Counted from the stretch's first letter, positions 19,957 through 30,175 are shown. The stretch: DNA of 64,000 nucleotides from an uncultured Acidimicrobiales bacterium (GCA_938002955.1 CALLAA010000048.1:17841-81840), one strand, 5' to 3'. Made by a program: numbers and translations. Notes: generated by a model from the sequence alone, not told the origin.

Positions 19957-19970
19957 TGTTTGGGGTGGCG

Positions 19971-20888
19971 ATGACGGTTTTGTGGTGGGTGCGTGGTCGC
20001 CCGGACCATCTTGAATCGGCACACGCCGACCACGGCTTCGACGTGCTCGGCCCGGACCTCGAGTCGCGCGGTGACGCAACGGCGATTCTGGCTGGCGGCG
20101 AGCCCTACACCGCCGAGGTCCTCGACGAACTCCCGAACCTCAAGGTCCTGGCACGTATTGGCATTGGGTACGACGCTGTCGACGTCGACGCTGCAACCGA
20201 GCGCGAAATCATGGTCACCAACACACCAGATGGACCCACCACGTCGACAGCCGAGCACACCATTGCGCTCATGATGGCTGTTGCACACGAGCTGACGGCC
20301 TCGGCGAACCGCCTGCGCTCTGCCACTGGAAACTATGTCTCGCACCAAAACAGCATGGAGCTCAACGGCCGGACGCTCGGGTTGCTCGGCTTCGGTCGGA
20401 TTGGCCAGGCAGTGGCCACCATGGCCGAGGCGATCGGCATGACGGTGTTGATCACCGATCCGGCCTTCGAGAACTCTGTCAGCATCGACGAACTGCTCGA
20501 ACACTCCGACGTGCTCTCGATCCACGCCCCTGCCACACCATCGACGGTCGGCCTTATCGACGCCGATGCGTTACATGCGATGAAGCCGGGTTCGATCCTG
20601 ATCAATTGTGCTCGAGGGCCGATCGTGGTGACGACCGATCTCGTCGCTGCGCTCGAGTCAGGCCACCTCATGGGTGCTGGACTCGATGTTACCGACCCCG
20701 AACCCCTCGACCTCGACCACCCGTTGCTCCACATGGACAACGTGATCGTCACTCCACATATCGCCTCGAACACCACCGCTGGCCGTGCCCGCATGGAACG
20801 CATGGCATTCGAACAAGTCGCACTGGCACTCGCCGGCGAGACACCAACTCAATTGCTCAACCCCGCCGTGCTCACCAACGGCAGCTAG
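19971..20888 (+). CDS. D-isomer-specific 2-hydroxyacid dehydrogenase (PGDH/GyaR-like)
   Basis: NLKVLARIGIGYDAVDVDAA, GRTLGLLGFGRIGQAVA (NAD site), NCARG, TPHIAS. The track ORF's upstream extension crosses the REP copies, so the start was set at ATG 19971. Confidence 0.8.
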   Translation: MTVLWWVRGRPDHLESAHADHGFDVLGPDLESRGDATAILAGGEPYTAEVLDELPNLKVLARIGIGYDAVDVDAATEREIMVTNTPDGPTTSTAEHTIALMMAVAHELTASANRLRSATGNYVSHQNSMELNGRTLGLLGFGRIGQAVATMAEAIGMTVLITDPAFENSVSIDELLEHSDVLSIHAPATPSTVGLIDADALHAMKPGSILINCARGPIVVTTDLVAALESGHLMGAGLDVTDPEPLDLDHPLLHMDNVIVTPHIASNTTAGRARMERMAFEQVALALAGETPTQLLNPAVLTNGS

Positions 20889-20911
20889 ATCTACCAACCA
20901 AGGAAATTGCA

Positions 20912-22084
20912 ATGGACCGTCAACCCCTCAGAATCGCAGTCATCGGCCTCGGCTGGATGGGTCAAGCCCATAGTCGAAGTTATGCCCGCATCCCGCAACT
21001 CTTCGAAGACCGCGAATACAACCCGGTGCTCGCTGTCTGCGCCGACAACATGGAGATGCGCCGCGACCAGGCAATTCATAGCTTCGGATTCGAAGACGCC
21101 GTCGCCGATTGGCGCGACATCATGGACCGAGACGACATCGATGTCGTTACCTGCACGGCGCCGAACATGTTGCATGAAGAGATTTGCGTCGCGGCAGCCG
21201 AGACGGGCAAGGCCATCTTCTGTGAGAAGCCGGTCGGTGGACGCCCAGACCAAACCGTTCGCGCCGAGCGGGCGGCGCGTCATGCTGGGGTCGTGAGCGG
21301 CGTCGGATACAACTATCGATTCGCTCCACTCGTGCAGTATCTGAAGAACCTCATCGAAGACGGGGAGCTCGGCGAAATCACGAACTATCGGGGCCGCTTC
21401 TTCTCGATGTACGGCAGCGATCCAATGGGCTTGCTCAGCTGGCGCTTCAAAGTCGATCAGTCCGGGTATGGCGTGAGCACCGACATTCTTAGTCACTCGA
21501 TGGACCTCGCGCACATGCTCGTCGGACCGATCACCAAGGTGATGGGAATGCAAAAGACGTTCATCACCGAGCGCCCGCTTCCCAAGGAAGGCGGCACCCA
21601 CTACGACCGCGGCGAACCTGGAGATCCGACCGGAGAGGTCACCAACGAGGACTACTTCGGCGCGTTCTGCGAATTCGAAAACGGTGCGATCGGCACCTTT
21701 GAAACCAGCCGAAGCATCATCGGTCCAGAGAGCCAGAACGCATTCGACGTGTACGGCACGAAGGGTGCTGCGAACTGGAACCTCGAGACCATGAACGAAA
21801 TGGGTCTCTTCTTGATGAAGGACCAAGCCCGCGGCTACACGACTGTTCGTGGCGGCGACCGTTACCCGTACCACGGCAACTTTGTCCCCGGTGACGCGAA
21901 CAGCATCGCGTTCGAAGATCTCGTGACCATCGAGGACTACGAGTTCCTGAAGGCTGTTGCCGCAGGCACAAAGCACTCGGCGAGCTTCAAGGAAGCCGTC
22001 GACTACGTGAGTGTGCAGGCCGCGCTCATCAAGTCGACCGAGACCGGAACCTGGCAAGACGTCGTCGACCTGACGGAGGACTGA
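20912..22084 (+). CDS. Gfo/Idh/MocA-family oxidoreductase (390 aa)
   Basis: LRIAVIGLGWMGQAHSRSY..., VTCTAPNMLHEE..., KAIFCEKPVGG. Confidence 0.8.
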   Translation: MDRQPLRIAVIGLGWMGQAHSRSYARIPQLFEDREYNPVLAVCADNMEMRRDQAIHSFGFEDAVADWRDIMDRDDIDVVTCTAPNMLHEEICVAAAETGKAIFCEKPVGGRPDQTVRAERAARHAGVVSGVGYNYRFAPLVQYLKNLIEDGELGEITNYRGRFFSMYGSDPMGLLSWRFKVDQSGYGVSTDILSHSMDLAHMLVGPITKVMGMQKTFITERPLPKEGGTHYDRGEPGDPTGEVTNEDYFGAFCEFENGAIGTFETSRSIIGPESQNAFDVYGTKGAANWNLETMNEMGLFLMKDQARGYTTVRGGDRYPYHGNFVPGDANSIAFEDLVTIEDYEFLKAVAAGTKHSASFKEAVDYVSVQAALIKSTETGTWQDVVDLTED

Positions 22085-22089
22085 ACATC

Positions 22090-23946
22090 ATGACCAACAC
22101 CATTCGACTCACAACCTCGCAAGCGATCGTCAAGTACCTGATCGCCCAAAAGTCTGTCCAACGAGACGGAACCATCGCACCGCTCTTTGGTGGCGTGTAC
22201 GGAATCTTTGGTCATGGCAACGTCACGTCGCTTGGCCATGCGCTCGAACGCGCCAAGGACGAACTGCCCACCTATCGCGGCCAGAGCGAAGAAGGCATGG
22301 CGCTCGCCGGAGTTGCCTATGCCAAGGCGACCCGTCGCCGCCAAATCATGGTTGCGACGAGCTCGGTCGGTCCTGGCGCAACCAACATGGTGACCGCCGC
22401 TGGCGTTGCGCACAGCAACCGTCTTCCGCTGTTGCTGATCAGCGGAGACACGTTTACGAGTCGCATTCCGGATCCTGTTCTGCAGCAGGTCGAGCATTTC
22501 GGTGACCCGACGCAAACCGTGAACGACAGCTTCCGCGCCGTCACCCGGTACTGGGATCGCATTGTGCGCCCCGAGCAGCTCACGAGCTCGCTGCCACACG
22601 CCATCCAGACGATGCTCGATCCGGCCGATTGCGGTCCGGCCTTCATTGGCCTGCCGCAAGATATTGGTGCCGAGGCATGGGACTTCCCCGTCCATTTCTT
22701 CGACGAGGTCGTGCACGATATTGCTCGCCCGCGGGCGGACAAGCGTCAACTCGACAAGGCCATGGAGCTGCTTCGCACCGCCGAAAAGCCATTGATCGTC
22801 GCTGGTGGCGGCGTGCACTACAGCTTGGCGGAGCCTGAGTTGGCCGCGTTTGCGACGGCGCACAACATTCCCGTCGTCGAGACCGTTGCGGGGAAGGCGT
22901 GCATGGAATGGAACCACGCCATGTACGGCGGACCGATCGGTGTTACCGGAGGTACGTCGGCGAACGCGCTGGCCGGTGAAGCTGACGTCGTGCTCGCCGT
23001 CGGGACCCGACTGCTCGACTTCACGACCGGCTCATGGACCGTCTTCAAGAACGAGAAGGTCAAGATCATCGGCCTCAACACGGCGCGATTCGATGCGACC
23101 AAACGCCAATCGATTCCACTCGTCGGTGACGCCAAGGTGACCTTGGCCGAGATGACGTTGGGACTCGGGGACTACCGTGCCCCCGACTCGTGGACGACGA
23201 CCATGGCGACCGAGATCGCCCAGCACAACGCATACATCGACAAGATCGCAGCCAAGGAATCGACGAGTGAAAGTGGCTTGCCGACGTACGCCCAGGTCGT
23301 CGGTGCTGTCGATCGGCTCGCGGATGAGAACACCTTTGCGCTCGCTGCGGCCGGCGGCTTTCCCGGCGAGGTCAACAACGGTTGGCGTGCCAAGCACCTC
23401 AACAGCTTCGACTGTGAGTACGGCTTTAGCTGCATGGGATACGAGACCAGCGGTGGTTGGGGAGCGGCGATGGCCATGCCCGACAAGGACGTGGTGGTCT
23501 TCACCGGTGACGGCTCGTGGATGATGCTTAACAGCGACATCTACAGCTCGGTCATCCACGGTCACAAGATGATCGTCATCGTCTGCGACAACGGCGGATT
23601 CGCGGTCATCAATCGACTGCAGACCAACATGGGCGGCAACCCATACAACAACCTGATCAAGGACAACCCAACGGTGGTCAATCCCGTCGCTGTCGACTTT
23701 GCCAAGCATGCCGAGGCAATGGGCGCCATGAGCGAGACGGTGACGTCGATCGACGATCTTGAAGATGCCTACCGTCGGGCGAAGGCAGCCGACCGTACGT
23801 ACGTCATCTCCCTCGTTACCGATGCGTACAGCTGGACCGAGGGCGGTTCGTTCTGGGAGGTCGGCGTGCCCGAGGTGAGCGAACTCGAGACCGTTCTGGC
23901 CGCCAAGGCCGACATGGTTGAGGGCAAGAAAGAGCAACGACTGTGA
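22090..23946 (+). CDS. iolD: 3D-(3,5/4)-trihydroxycyclohexane-1,2-dione acylhydrolase (ThDP-dependent)
   Basis: MTNTIRLTTSQAIVKYLIAQ..., GIFGHGNV, GPGATNMVTAAG and GDGSWMMLNSD (ThDP motif), with the length typical of IolD. Confidence 0.9.
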   Translation: MTNTIRLTTSQAIVKYLIAQKSVQRDGTIAPLFGGVYGIFGHGNVTSLGHALERAKDELPTYRGQSEEGMALAGVAYAKATRRRQIMVATSSVGPGATNMVTAAGVAHSNRLPLLLISGDTFTSRIPDPVLQQVEHFGDPTQTVNDSFRAVTRYWDRIVRPEQLTSSLPHAIQTMLDPADCGPAFIGLPQDIGAEAWDFPVHFFDEVVHDIARPRADKRQLDKAMELLRTAEKPLIVAGGGVHYSLAEPELAAFATAHNIPVVETVAGKACMEWNHAMYGGPIGVTGGTSANALAGEADVVLAVGTRLLDFTTGSWTVFKNEKVKIIGLNTARFDATKRQSIPLVGDAKVTLAEMTLGLGDYRAPDSWTTTMATEIAQHNAYIDKIAAKESTSESGLPTYAQVVGAVDRLADENTFALAAAGGFPGEVNNGWRAKHLNSFDCEYGFSCMGYETSGGWGAAMAMPDKDVVVFTGDGSWMMLNSDIYSSVIHGHKMIVIVCDNGGFAVINRLQTNMGGNPYNNLIKDNPTVVNPVAVDFAKHAEAMGAMSETVTSIDDLEDAYRRAKAADRTYVISLVTDAYSWTEGGSFWEVGVPEVSELETVLAAKADMVEGKKEQRL

Positions 23947-24022
23947 TGGCCGTTCGCTTCGCTCACCCGCGATGGTTCTCGCCTGAGGGCTCGGTACGTG
24001 GCGTATCGCAGAAGGTCAAACG

Positions 24023-24991
24023 GTGAAACAGGTTGCCGTAATCGGCGCCGGTGGCATGGGGCGTTTCCACGCGGAAACGCTCCTTGCGATACCCGGCGTT
24101 GAAATTGCGGCTGTCTGCGACCCGTTCGAGGAAACGGCTCGCACGGTTGCAGAAGCGGTTCGTGCTCCGTGGAACACAGACCCGGTAGCGGTCGCGTCCG
24201 CTGGGTACGACGGTGTGGTGATTGCATCGCCCGATGACACTCATGCCGACCTGACGTTGGCCGCGCTCGAGGCCGGTAGTCGTGTGTTGTGCGAGAAGCC
24301 GTTGTCGCACGATCTCGCCGGCGCCCGAGCGGTGATTGCGAAAGAGGTGTCGATCGGCGAACGCCGGGTTCAGGTTGGCTTCATGCGTGAGGTCGACCCG
24401 GCGCACGCGGCGTTGGCCGAACAACTCACGGCGCTTGGCCACCTGCACTACTTGCGTTGTACGCATCGCAATACCAACGCCGAGGCCAGACCACCGGCAA
24501 CGGTTTTGGTGCAATCGCTCATCCACGACATCCATACGGTCCATTGGCTCGGCGGCCGCGTGATCGATGTTGATGCACGCGCCATCGAGCGGCCAGGCGG
24601 CCTCGACCATGTTCTGCTGGTATTGCGGCTTGAATCCGGTGCGACCGCCACGGTCGAGTTCAGCGACAATACCTACGCCTATGAGGTCGAGGTTGAGGCG
24701 ACGTCGGTCAACGGCATGGTGGCAACCAGTGCCCCCCAACGGCCGCGGCTTCGGATTGACGGCGACTACCGGACCCCGATTGGCGATGACTGGTTCGGCT
24801 GGTTTGCCGAGGCGTACCGAATTCAGGATCGGCTGTGGGTCGAGTCGATGTCCGCTCCTCAAGCGAGTGGGCCGTCGGCGGTCGATGGGCTCGCAGCCCA
24901 ACTGGTCGCGGAAGCCGCGCTGACCTCGATTGCCGAAGGCCGGGCGGTAGCTGTTGCGCCCGTTGACGTTCCAGAGATGTATCGGCCATGA
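24023..24991 (+). CDS. inositol dehydrogenase-like Gfo/Idh/MocA oxidoreductase (B. subtilis IolG-type)
   Basis: VAVIGAGGMGRFHAE, VLCEKPL, RRVQVGFMRE..., CTHRN. GTG start. Confidence 0.75.
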   Translation: MKQVAVIGAGGMGRFHAETLLAIPGVEIAAVCDPFEETARTVAEAVRAPWNTDPVAVASAGYDGVVIASPDDTHADLTLAALEAGSRVLCEKPLSHDLAGARAVIAKEVSIGERRVQVGFMREVDPAHAALAEQLTALGHLHYLRCTHRNTNAEARPPATVLVQSLIHDIHTVHWLGGRVIDVDARAIERPGGLDHVLLVLRLESGATATVEFSDNTYAYEVEVEATSVNGMVATSAPQRPRLRIDGDYRTPIGDDWFGWFAEAYRIQDRLWVESMSAPQASGPSAVDGLAAQLVAEAALTSIAEGRAVAVAPVDVPEMYRP

Positions 24992-26415
24992 CAGCGACGG
25001 TGCGCGACTACAGCTTGACCGGCGTCGAATCGACGCGTGCGGTAGAGCGTGGTCTCGCCAATGGTCAGTGGTTCCAAGCCGATATCGAACCGGACCGGCT
25101 TCGCGAACTTTCCGTCCGGCAAAACCTGCGGCCGGGTATCGACTTGGTCCTTTGGCTTGCTCTGATCGTCGCCTCCGGAGCTTTTGCCTGGAGTCAGCGA
25201 GGGAGCTGGTGGGCGGTGCCCGGATTCTTTGTGTACGGGACGTTGGTGGGTGGATCGACCGATGCCCGTTGGCATGAACATGGCCATGGGACGGCGTTCC
25301 GTAGCCAATGGCTAAACGATCTCGTGTACTACCCGGCCAGCTTCATGTTGGCTCGAGAGGCCACGTACTGGCGCTGGTCGCACTTTCGCCACCACACCGA
25401 CACGATCATCGTTGGGCGCGATGCAGAGATCATCTTTCCGCGGCCCCCGTCGGTTGCGAAGCTCGCGTGGCTGTTCACCCACCTCGAGGGTGGTAGCGGC
25501 CTGATACGCACGACCGTGAAGCACGCACTCGGTCAATCCGATGACAACATCGACGTGCTCGTGCCCGAAAGCGAACGCGGTCGGGTGTTCCTCGAGGCCC
25601 GAATCTATGTCGCCATCTGGGTCGCCACAATCGTGTGGGCGATCGCCACCCGATCGCTGTACCCACTGCTGCTCATCGGAGGTCCCACGTTCTACGGCGC
25701 TTGGCTCGTGTTGTTCTTCGGGGTAACACAGCACGCAGGTCTGCGCGAAGACGAGCTCGACCATCGCCGCTCGACCCGCACGGTTCTCGTCAATCCGGTG
25801 TTCCGGTTCTTGTATCTCAACATGAACTACCACGTGGAACATCACATGTTCCCAGCGGTGCCGTATTACAACCTTCCTGAGCTGCACGGCGAGATTCGCG
25901 AGCAGTTGGCCGAGCCGAAGCCCGGCATGATTTCGGCGTACAAAGAAATTTTCTACGCGTTTCGAGAACAAGCCAAAGATCCGTCGTGGGAGCTGCCACG
26001 GCACATTCCAGATGTCCCCGGGTGGCGCGGACCCATCGTTCAGGGTTTCGAGTGGGCGGGCGATAGCTCCGTCGACGGCTGGACCGACCTTGGCCCCGCC
26101 GATCTCGCTTCCGGCGCCATGCGTCCGGTCGACGTCGGCGACGCGAAGCTCTTGCTTGCGTGCACCGATACGGGCGACGTCGTGCTCGTCGATCGGATCT
26201 GTACCCACGGTGATGCTGACCTGGCGACCGGAACGATCCTCGGATGTGAGATCGAGTGTCCCAAGCACAACGGACGGTTCGACCTACGCACCGGTGAGGG
26301 AACTCGCCGTCCGATTCAGACCGCGCTGATGACGTACACCGTGCGCACCCGGAACGGTCGACTCGAAACACATATTGCGGCATCGGGCTCAGCTGCCAAT
26401 GGGGAGGAACGATGA
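24988..26415 (+). CDS. fusion of a membrane di-iron histidine-box oxygenase (FA-desaturase/XylM superfamily) and a Rieske [2Fe-2S] ferredoxin
   Basis: His boxes WHEHGHG, HFRHH and NYHVEHHMFP. C-terminal CTHGDADL...ECPKHNGRFDLRTG Rieske motif. ATGA overlaps at both ends. Confidence 0.8.
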   Translation: MTATVRDYSLTGVESTRAVERGLANGQWFQADIEPDRLRELSVRQNLRPGIDLVLWLALIVASGAFAWSQRGSWWAVPGFFVYGTLVGGSTDARWHEHGHGTAFRSQWLNDLVYYPASFMLAREATYWRWSHFRHHTDTIIVGRDAEIIFPRPPSVAKLAWLFTHLEGGSGLIRTTVKHALGQSDDNIDVLVPESERGRVFLEARIYVAIWVATIVWAIATRSLYPLLLIGGPTFYGAWLVLFFGVTQHAGLREDELDHRRSTRTVLVNPVFRFLYLNMNYHVEHHMFPAVPYYNLPELHGEIREQLAEPKPGMISAYKEIFYAFREQAKDPSWELPRHIPDVPGWRGPIVQGFEWAGDSSVDGWTDLGPADLASGAMRPVDVGDAKLLLACTDTGDVVLVDRICTHGDADLATGTILGCEIECPKHNGRFDLRTGEGTRRPIQTALMTYTVRTRNGRLETHIAASGSAANGEER

Positions 26416-27377
26416 GGGTTTGGATCAGTGGCGGAGGTGGCTTTGTCGGCTCGAATATCGTCCGTGCTGCGGTCGAGGCCGGTCACGACGTGCTGACGAC
26501 CGCTCACACCTTCACCCCACCGGAGATCACCCCATACGCGGTCAGTTCGCTCGACGTCACCAACCCCGAATCCGTTGCCATGAGCATCGAGGACTTCGGT
26601 GCCGACGTCGTCATCCACTGCGCGATCATGAACGACTGGGATCGAATGTACGGCGACCGTCACGCCGCTTGGGATGCATATGTCGGCGCGACTCGTGCAA
26701 CCGCCTACGCCGCGGTCGATGTCGACAGCGCCTACGTGCTCGTGTCGACGGACTGGGTCTTTGATGGCACACAGGCAGGAGCCGACGAGGACACGCCCCC
26801 GAATCCGATCAACTTGTACGGAGCGCTGAAGCTTGCGTCGGAAATGGTCGCGCTCGAGGCCGGAGGAGCGGTGGCACGAGTAAGCGGGGTGAACGGCATG
26901 CACCTCGCTCGGCCACAGACACCGAGGTCGCAAGATCGAGGGTTTGGATATTTCGTTGCGAGCATTGTTGACTCGCTTCGTTCCGGACTGCCGTTCACCG
27001 TTTGGGAATCCGACGACATCAACATGATCGCGACGCCATCGCTCGCGCTCGAATGCGGCGAGATCATGATGGCGATCGGCGAGACCAAGTCAACCGGGGT
27101 GTTCCACTGCTGCGGTGCAGACCCGATCACGCGCCGCGAGCTCGCGTTGCTCACCTGTGATGTGTTCGAACTCGACCATGACCTGCTTCGGTTCGGCCCG
27201 CCCGACCCGGCGTCGATGTTGGCCGCTCCCGTTCCCTACGACACGTCGTTATCGACGCCCCGAACCGATCGGGTTCTCGGGCGTCAGGCCACGCCAACAC
27301 GACACCTCATCGATCGATTTAAGAACCAATACTTCGCCGAAATCTCTCGGCCAAAATCATCAGGAGTCTCCACATGA
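26412..27377 (+). CDS. NAD(P)-dependent RmlD-like (extended SDR) reductase/epimerase
   Basis: MRVWISGGGGFVGSNIV..., VIHCA, STDWVFDG and NLYGALKLASE (YxxxK). Confidence 0.7.
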   Translation: MRVWISGGGGFVGSNIVRAAVEAGHDVLTTAHTFTPPEITPYAVSSLDVTNPESVAMSIEDFGADVVIHCAIMNDWDRMYGDRHAAWDAYVGATRATAYAAVDVDSAYVLVSTDWVFDGTQAGADEDTPPNPINLYGALKLASEMVALEAGGAVARVSGVNGMHLARPQTPRSQDRGFGYFVASIVDSLRSGLPFTVWESDDINMIATPSLALECGEIMMAIGETKSTGVFHCCGADPITRRELALLTCDVFELDHDLLRFGPPDPASMLAAPVPYDTSLSTPRTDRVLGRQATPTRHLIDRFKNQYFAEISRPKSSGVST

Positions 27378-28381
27378 CGAATCCGACTATCTCGGTGTTG
27401 GGCACGGGCCGCATCGGCAAGATGCACGCCGAGCTCATTGCACGCCAGGTGCCGGGTCTCGACCTGCACTCGGTGTACGACGTGTACACCGAGGGCGCAC
27501 AGGCTGTTGCCGATGACCTTGGTTGTCACCGTGCCGACAGCGTCGAGGAGATTATGGCGAGCGACGTTGACGCCATAGCGATCTGTACGAGCACCGACAC
27601 CCACGTCGACCTGGTGGTGGCAGCAGCCGAGGCCGGGAAGGCGATTTTCTTGGAGAAGCCGGTATCGCTGAACCTCGAGGAGGTCGATCGGGCTGTCGCC
27701 GCGATCAACGCCACTGGCGTTCCGATTCAGGTTGGCTTCAACCGTCGCTTCGACGCTGCTCACGCAGCTGTCCAGCAAGCGGTTGCCGACGGTGCGGTGG
27801 GCGATGTCCACATGGTCAAGATCACGAGTCGTGACCCGGCCCCGCCGCCCATCGACTACATCAAGGTGTCCGGCGGCATGTTCTGTGACATGACGATCCA
27901 CGACTTTGACATGGCCCGTTTCGTGACTGGCAGCGAGATCGTTGAGGTGTACGCAAAGGCCGCAGTGCGTGTCGATCCAGCGATCGGCGAAGCCGGCGAC
28001 GTCGACACGGCCATGCTGATCCTCACCCACGAAGACGGCACTCTGACCTACATCGATAACAGCCGCCAGGCCGTCTATGGCTACGACCAACGAGTTGAGG
28101 TCTTTGGGTCGGCGGGGATGGCAGCGTCGGAGAATCCTCGCGAACACACCGCCGAGGTGCACACTGCGGCGGGGACTCGCCAACAGAACATTCCGTACTT
28201 CTTTCTCGAGCGTTACATTCCGAGTTACCTCGCGGAGTGGACCGGCTTTGTCGATGGTCTGGCGTCGGGAACGATGCCTGTTGGGATCGACGACGGCCGA
28301 GCGCCGCTCGTCGCCGGACTTGCTGCCTGGAAGAGCTATCGCGAGGGCCGCCCGGTCCGTTGTGAGGAGATCGCACCATGA
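27374..28381 (+). CDS. iolG: myo-inositol 2-dehydrogenase (IdhA/IolG type)
   Basis: ISVLGTGRIGKMHAE, KAIFLEKPV, VGFNRRFD, ITSRDPAPPPIDYIKVSGGMFCDMTIHDFDMARF and YGYDQRVEVFGS closely follow rhizobial IdhA. Confidence 0.85.
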   Translation: MTNPTISVLGTGRIGKMHAELIARQVPGLDLHSVYDVYTEGAQAVADDLGCHRADSVEEIMASDVDAIAICTSTDTHVDLVVAAAEAGKAIFLEKPVSLNLEEVDRAVAAINATGVPIQVGFNRRFDAAHAAVQQAVADGAVGDVHMVKITSRDPAPPPIDYIKVSGGMFCDMTIHDFDMARFVTGSEIVEVYAKAAVRVDPAIGEAGDVDTAMLILTHEDGTLTYIDNSRQAVYGYDQRVEVFGSAGMAASENPREHTAEVHTAAGTRQQNIPYFFLERYIPSYLAEWTGFVDGLASGTMPVGIDDGRAPLVAGLAAWKSYREGRPVRCEEIAP

Positions 28382-29223
28382 GCGACCCGTACGAATTTGG
28401 ATCATTCGCTGGGAAGACTTGTGTCGTCACCGGTGGATCGCAGGGTCTTGGATTTGCTGTTGCCGAGTTGATGAAGGAACGTGGTGCCGAAGCGATCATG
28501 CTCGTCGGACGCGACCAGGCAAAGGGCGAAGCTGCTGCCGCGAGCCTCGATGGCGACGGCTGCACGGTCAGCTTCTTGTCGGCCGACCTCGCAACCACCG
28601 AAGGTGCCGAGCTGGTCGTCTCGACCGTCGACGAGCGCTACGGCATTGTCCACGCCCTTGCGGCGTGTGCTGCGGCGACCTGGCGCGGAACCGTGTGGAA
28701 CACGACCGGCGATATGTGGGACGAGATGTTGGCCGTCAACGTCAAAACCCAAGGGTTGCTGATCACTGGACTGGCCACGATTATGGCCCGCGAAGGTGTT
28801 GCGGGATCGATGGCGCTCGTTGGCTCGATCGCCCATCACGGCGGAATCGGTGAACTGTTCCCGTACGTGGTGGCGAAGCACGCGCTCGAAGCAATGGTTC
28901 GCCACGCGGGCTACTCCCTGCGAATGGAACGCATCCGGGTCAACCTGATCAATCCTGGCTGGATGGACACGCCCGCCGAAGATGGCGTGCAAAAGAAGTT
29001 CCACAATGCACCCGACGATTGGCTGGAAAAGGCTGAGAAAGAACAGCCCTTCGGCCGCCTCTTGAAGCCACAAGAAGTCGCTCGCGGGATCTGCTTCATG
29101 CTGAGCGACGAGTCCGGCATGATGTCGGGCGCATCGATCGACTTCGACCAAACCATGCCGGGTCAAGGCCCAGCGGCACCGTTCGAACCTGTACCTCGAC
29201 ACTTCCCCTGGGAGAACTCATGA
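28378..29223 (+). CDS. classical short-chain dehydrogenase/reductase
   Basis: TGGSQGLG cofactor motif and YVVAKHA (YxxxK). Confidence 0.85.
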   Translation: MSDPYEFGSFAGKTCVVTGGSQGLGFAVAELMKERGAEAIMLVGRDQAKGEAAAASLDGDGCTVSFLSADLATTEGAELVVSTVDERYGIVHALAACAAATWRGTVWNTTGDMWDEMLAVNVKTQGLLITGLATIMAREGVAGSMALVGSIAHHGGIGELFPYVVAKHALEAMVRHAGYSLRMERIRVNLINPGWMDTPAEDGVQKKFHNAPDDWLEKAEKEQPFGRLLKPQEVARGICFMLSDESGMMSGASIDFDQTMPGQGPAAPFEPVPRHFPWENS

Positions 29224-30161
29224 GCAATTCACTAGTCAGCAACACCGGCGGCGATGGGGTGCGCATCGACGTCACCCCCGAGAGCGCCGGCTGGCGTTTC
29301 TTGAGCTTTGCGAACGTGATGCTCGCCGCAGGCCAAAGCCACAGCGATCAGCGCGACGGGCAGGAGACGGCAATCGTGCCGCTCGCCGGGAGCGCAGTGG
29401 TGACCGCAGGAGGCCAAACGTTCGAGATCTCGCGCACCAGCGTGTTCGAGCAGATGCCTCAGATCGTGTACGTGACTCCCGGCGACGAGATGAGTGTTGT
29501 CGCAAGCACCGACTTTGAGTTTGCAATCGGTTCCGCACCGGCGACCGGCATGTACCCCACGCGACTCATTGTGCCCGAGGAGATGAAGAGTGAAGTCCGT
29601 GGTGGTGGCGCGTCGCATCGCCAGGTCAATCATGTTCTCGCGCCACCGATCGACGCGGAACGTCTGATTCTCTACGAGGTGTACGTCCCTCGAGGGATGT
29701 GGTCTGGTTGGGCTCCTCATCGCCACGATGGCGTCGACGGCTCGCCGTACCTGGAGGAGACGTACTTCTTCCGCATGGATCCAGGAAACGGGTTCGGTAT
29801 GCACCGCAACTGGGCGCCAGAGGATGGGTTCGACGAGACGGTCGTGATGCACGACGGCGACACGGTGCTCGTGCCCAAGGGCTTCCATTCTTCGGTCTCG
29901 TGTCCGAGTTCGAACCTGTTCTTCCTGAACTACTTGGCCGGTGAGATGGTCGACAAAGAGCGTTCGACCCCGCCGTGCTTCCACGAGGGGCACACATGGA
30001 TTCACGATGCCTGGGACAACGGTGACGAGGGAGCGTGGACGCAACCGGTCATGCAGACGCCGAACCTGAACAATCCAGGTGGCCTGCCGCTATCGGCGAT
30101 CGACGGCGACGTTCCCGATGACCCGTATCGAGTTTCGGGCACCAAGCCCGCCGACGACTAA
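29220..30161 (+). CDS. iolB: 5-deoxy-glucuronate isomerase
   Basis: Cupin-type pattern: GWRFLSF..., EVRGGG...RQVNHV, GWAPHRHDG and EETYFFRMDP are typical of IolB. Confidence 0.85.
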   Translation: MSNSLVSNTGGDGVRIDVTPESAGWRFLSFANVMLAAGQSHSDQRDGQETAIVPLAGSAVVTAGGQTFEISRTSVFEQMPQIVYVTPGDEMSVVASTDFEFAIGSAPATGMYPTRLIVPEEMKSEVRGGGASHRQVNHVLAPPIDAERLILYEVYVPRGMWSGWAPHRHDGVDGSPYLEETYFFRMDPGNGFGMHRNWAPEDGFDETVVMHDGDTVLVPKGFHSSVSCPSSNLFFLNYLAGEMVDKERSTPPCFHEGHTWIHDAWDNGDEGAWTQPVMQTPNLNNPGGLPLSAIDGDVPDDPYRVSGTKPADD

Positions 30162-30175
30162 GCCACGAGCGCCGC

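Noticed and set aside
19626-19970. Upstream extension of ORF 19626..20888
   Set aside because: It overlaps the iolC 3' end and reads through both REP-like elements. Dehydrogenase homology starts at ATG 19971.
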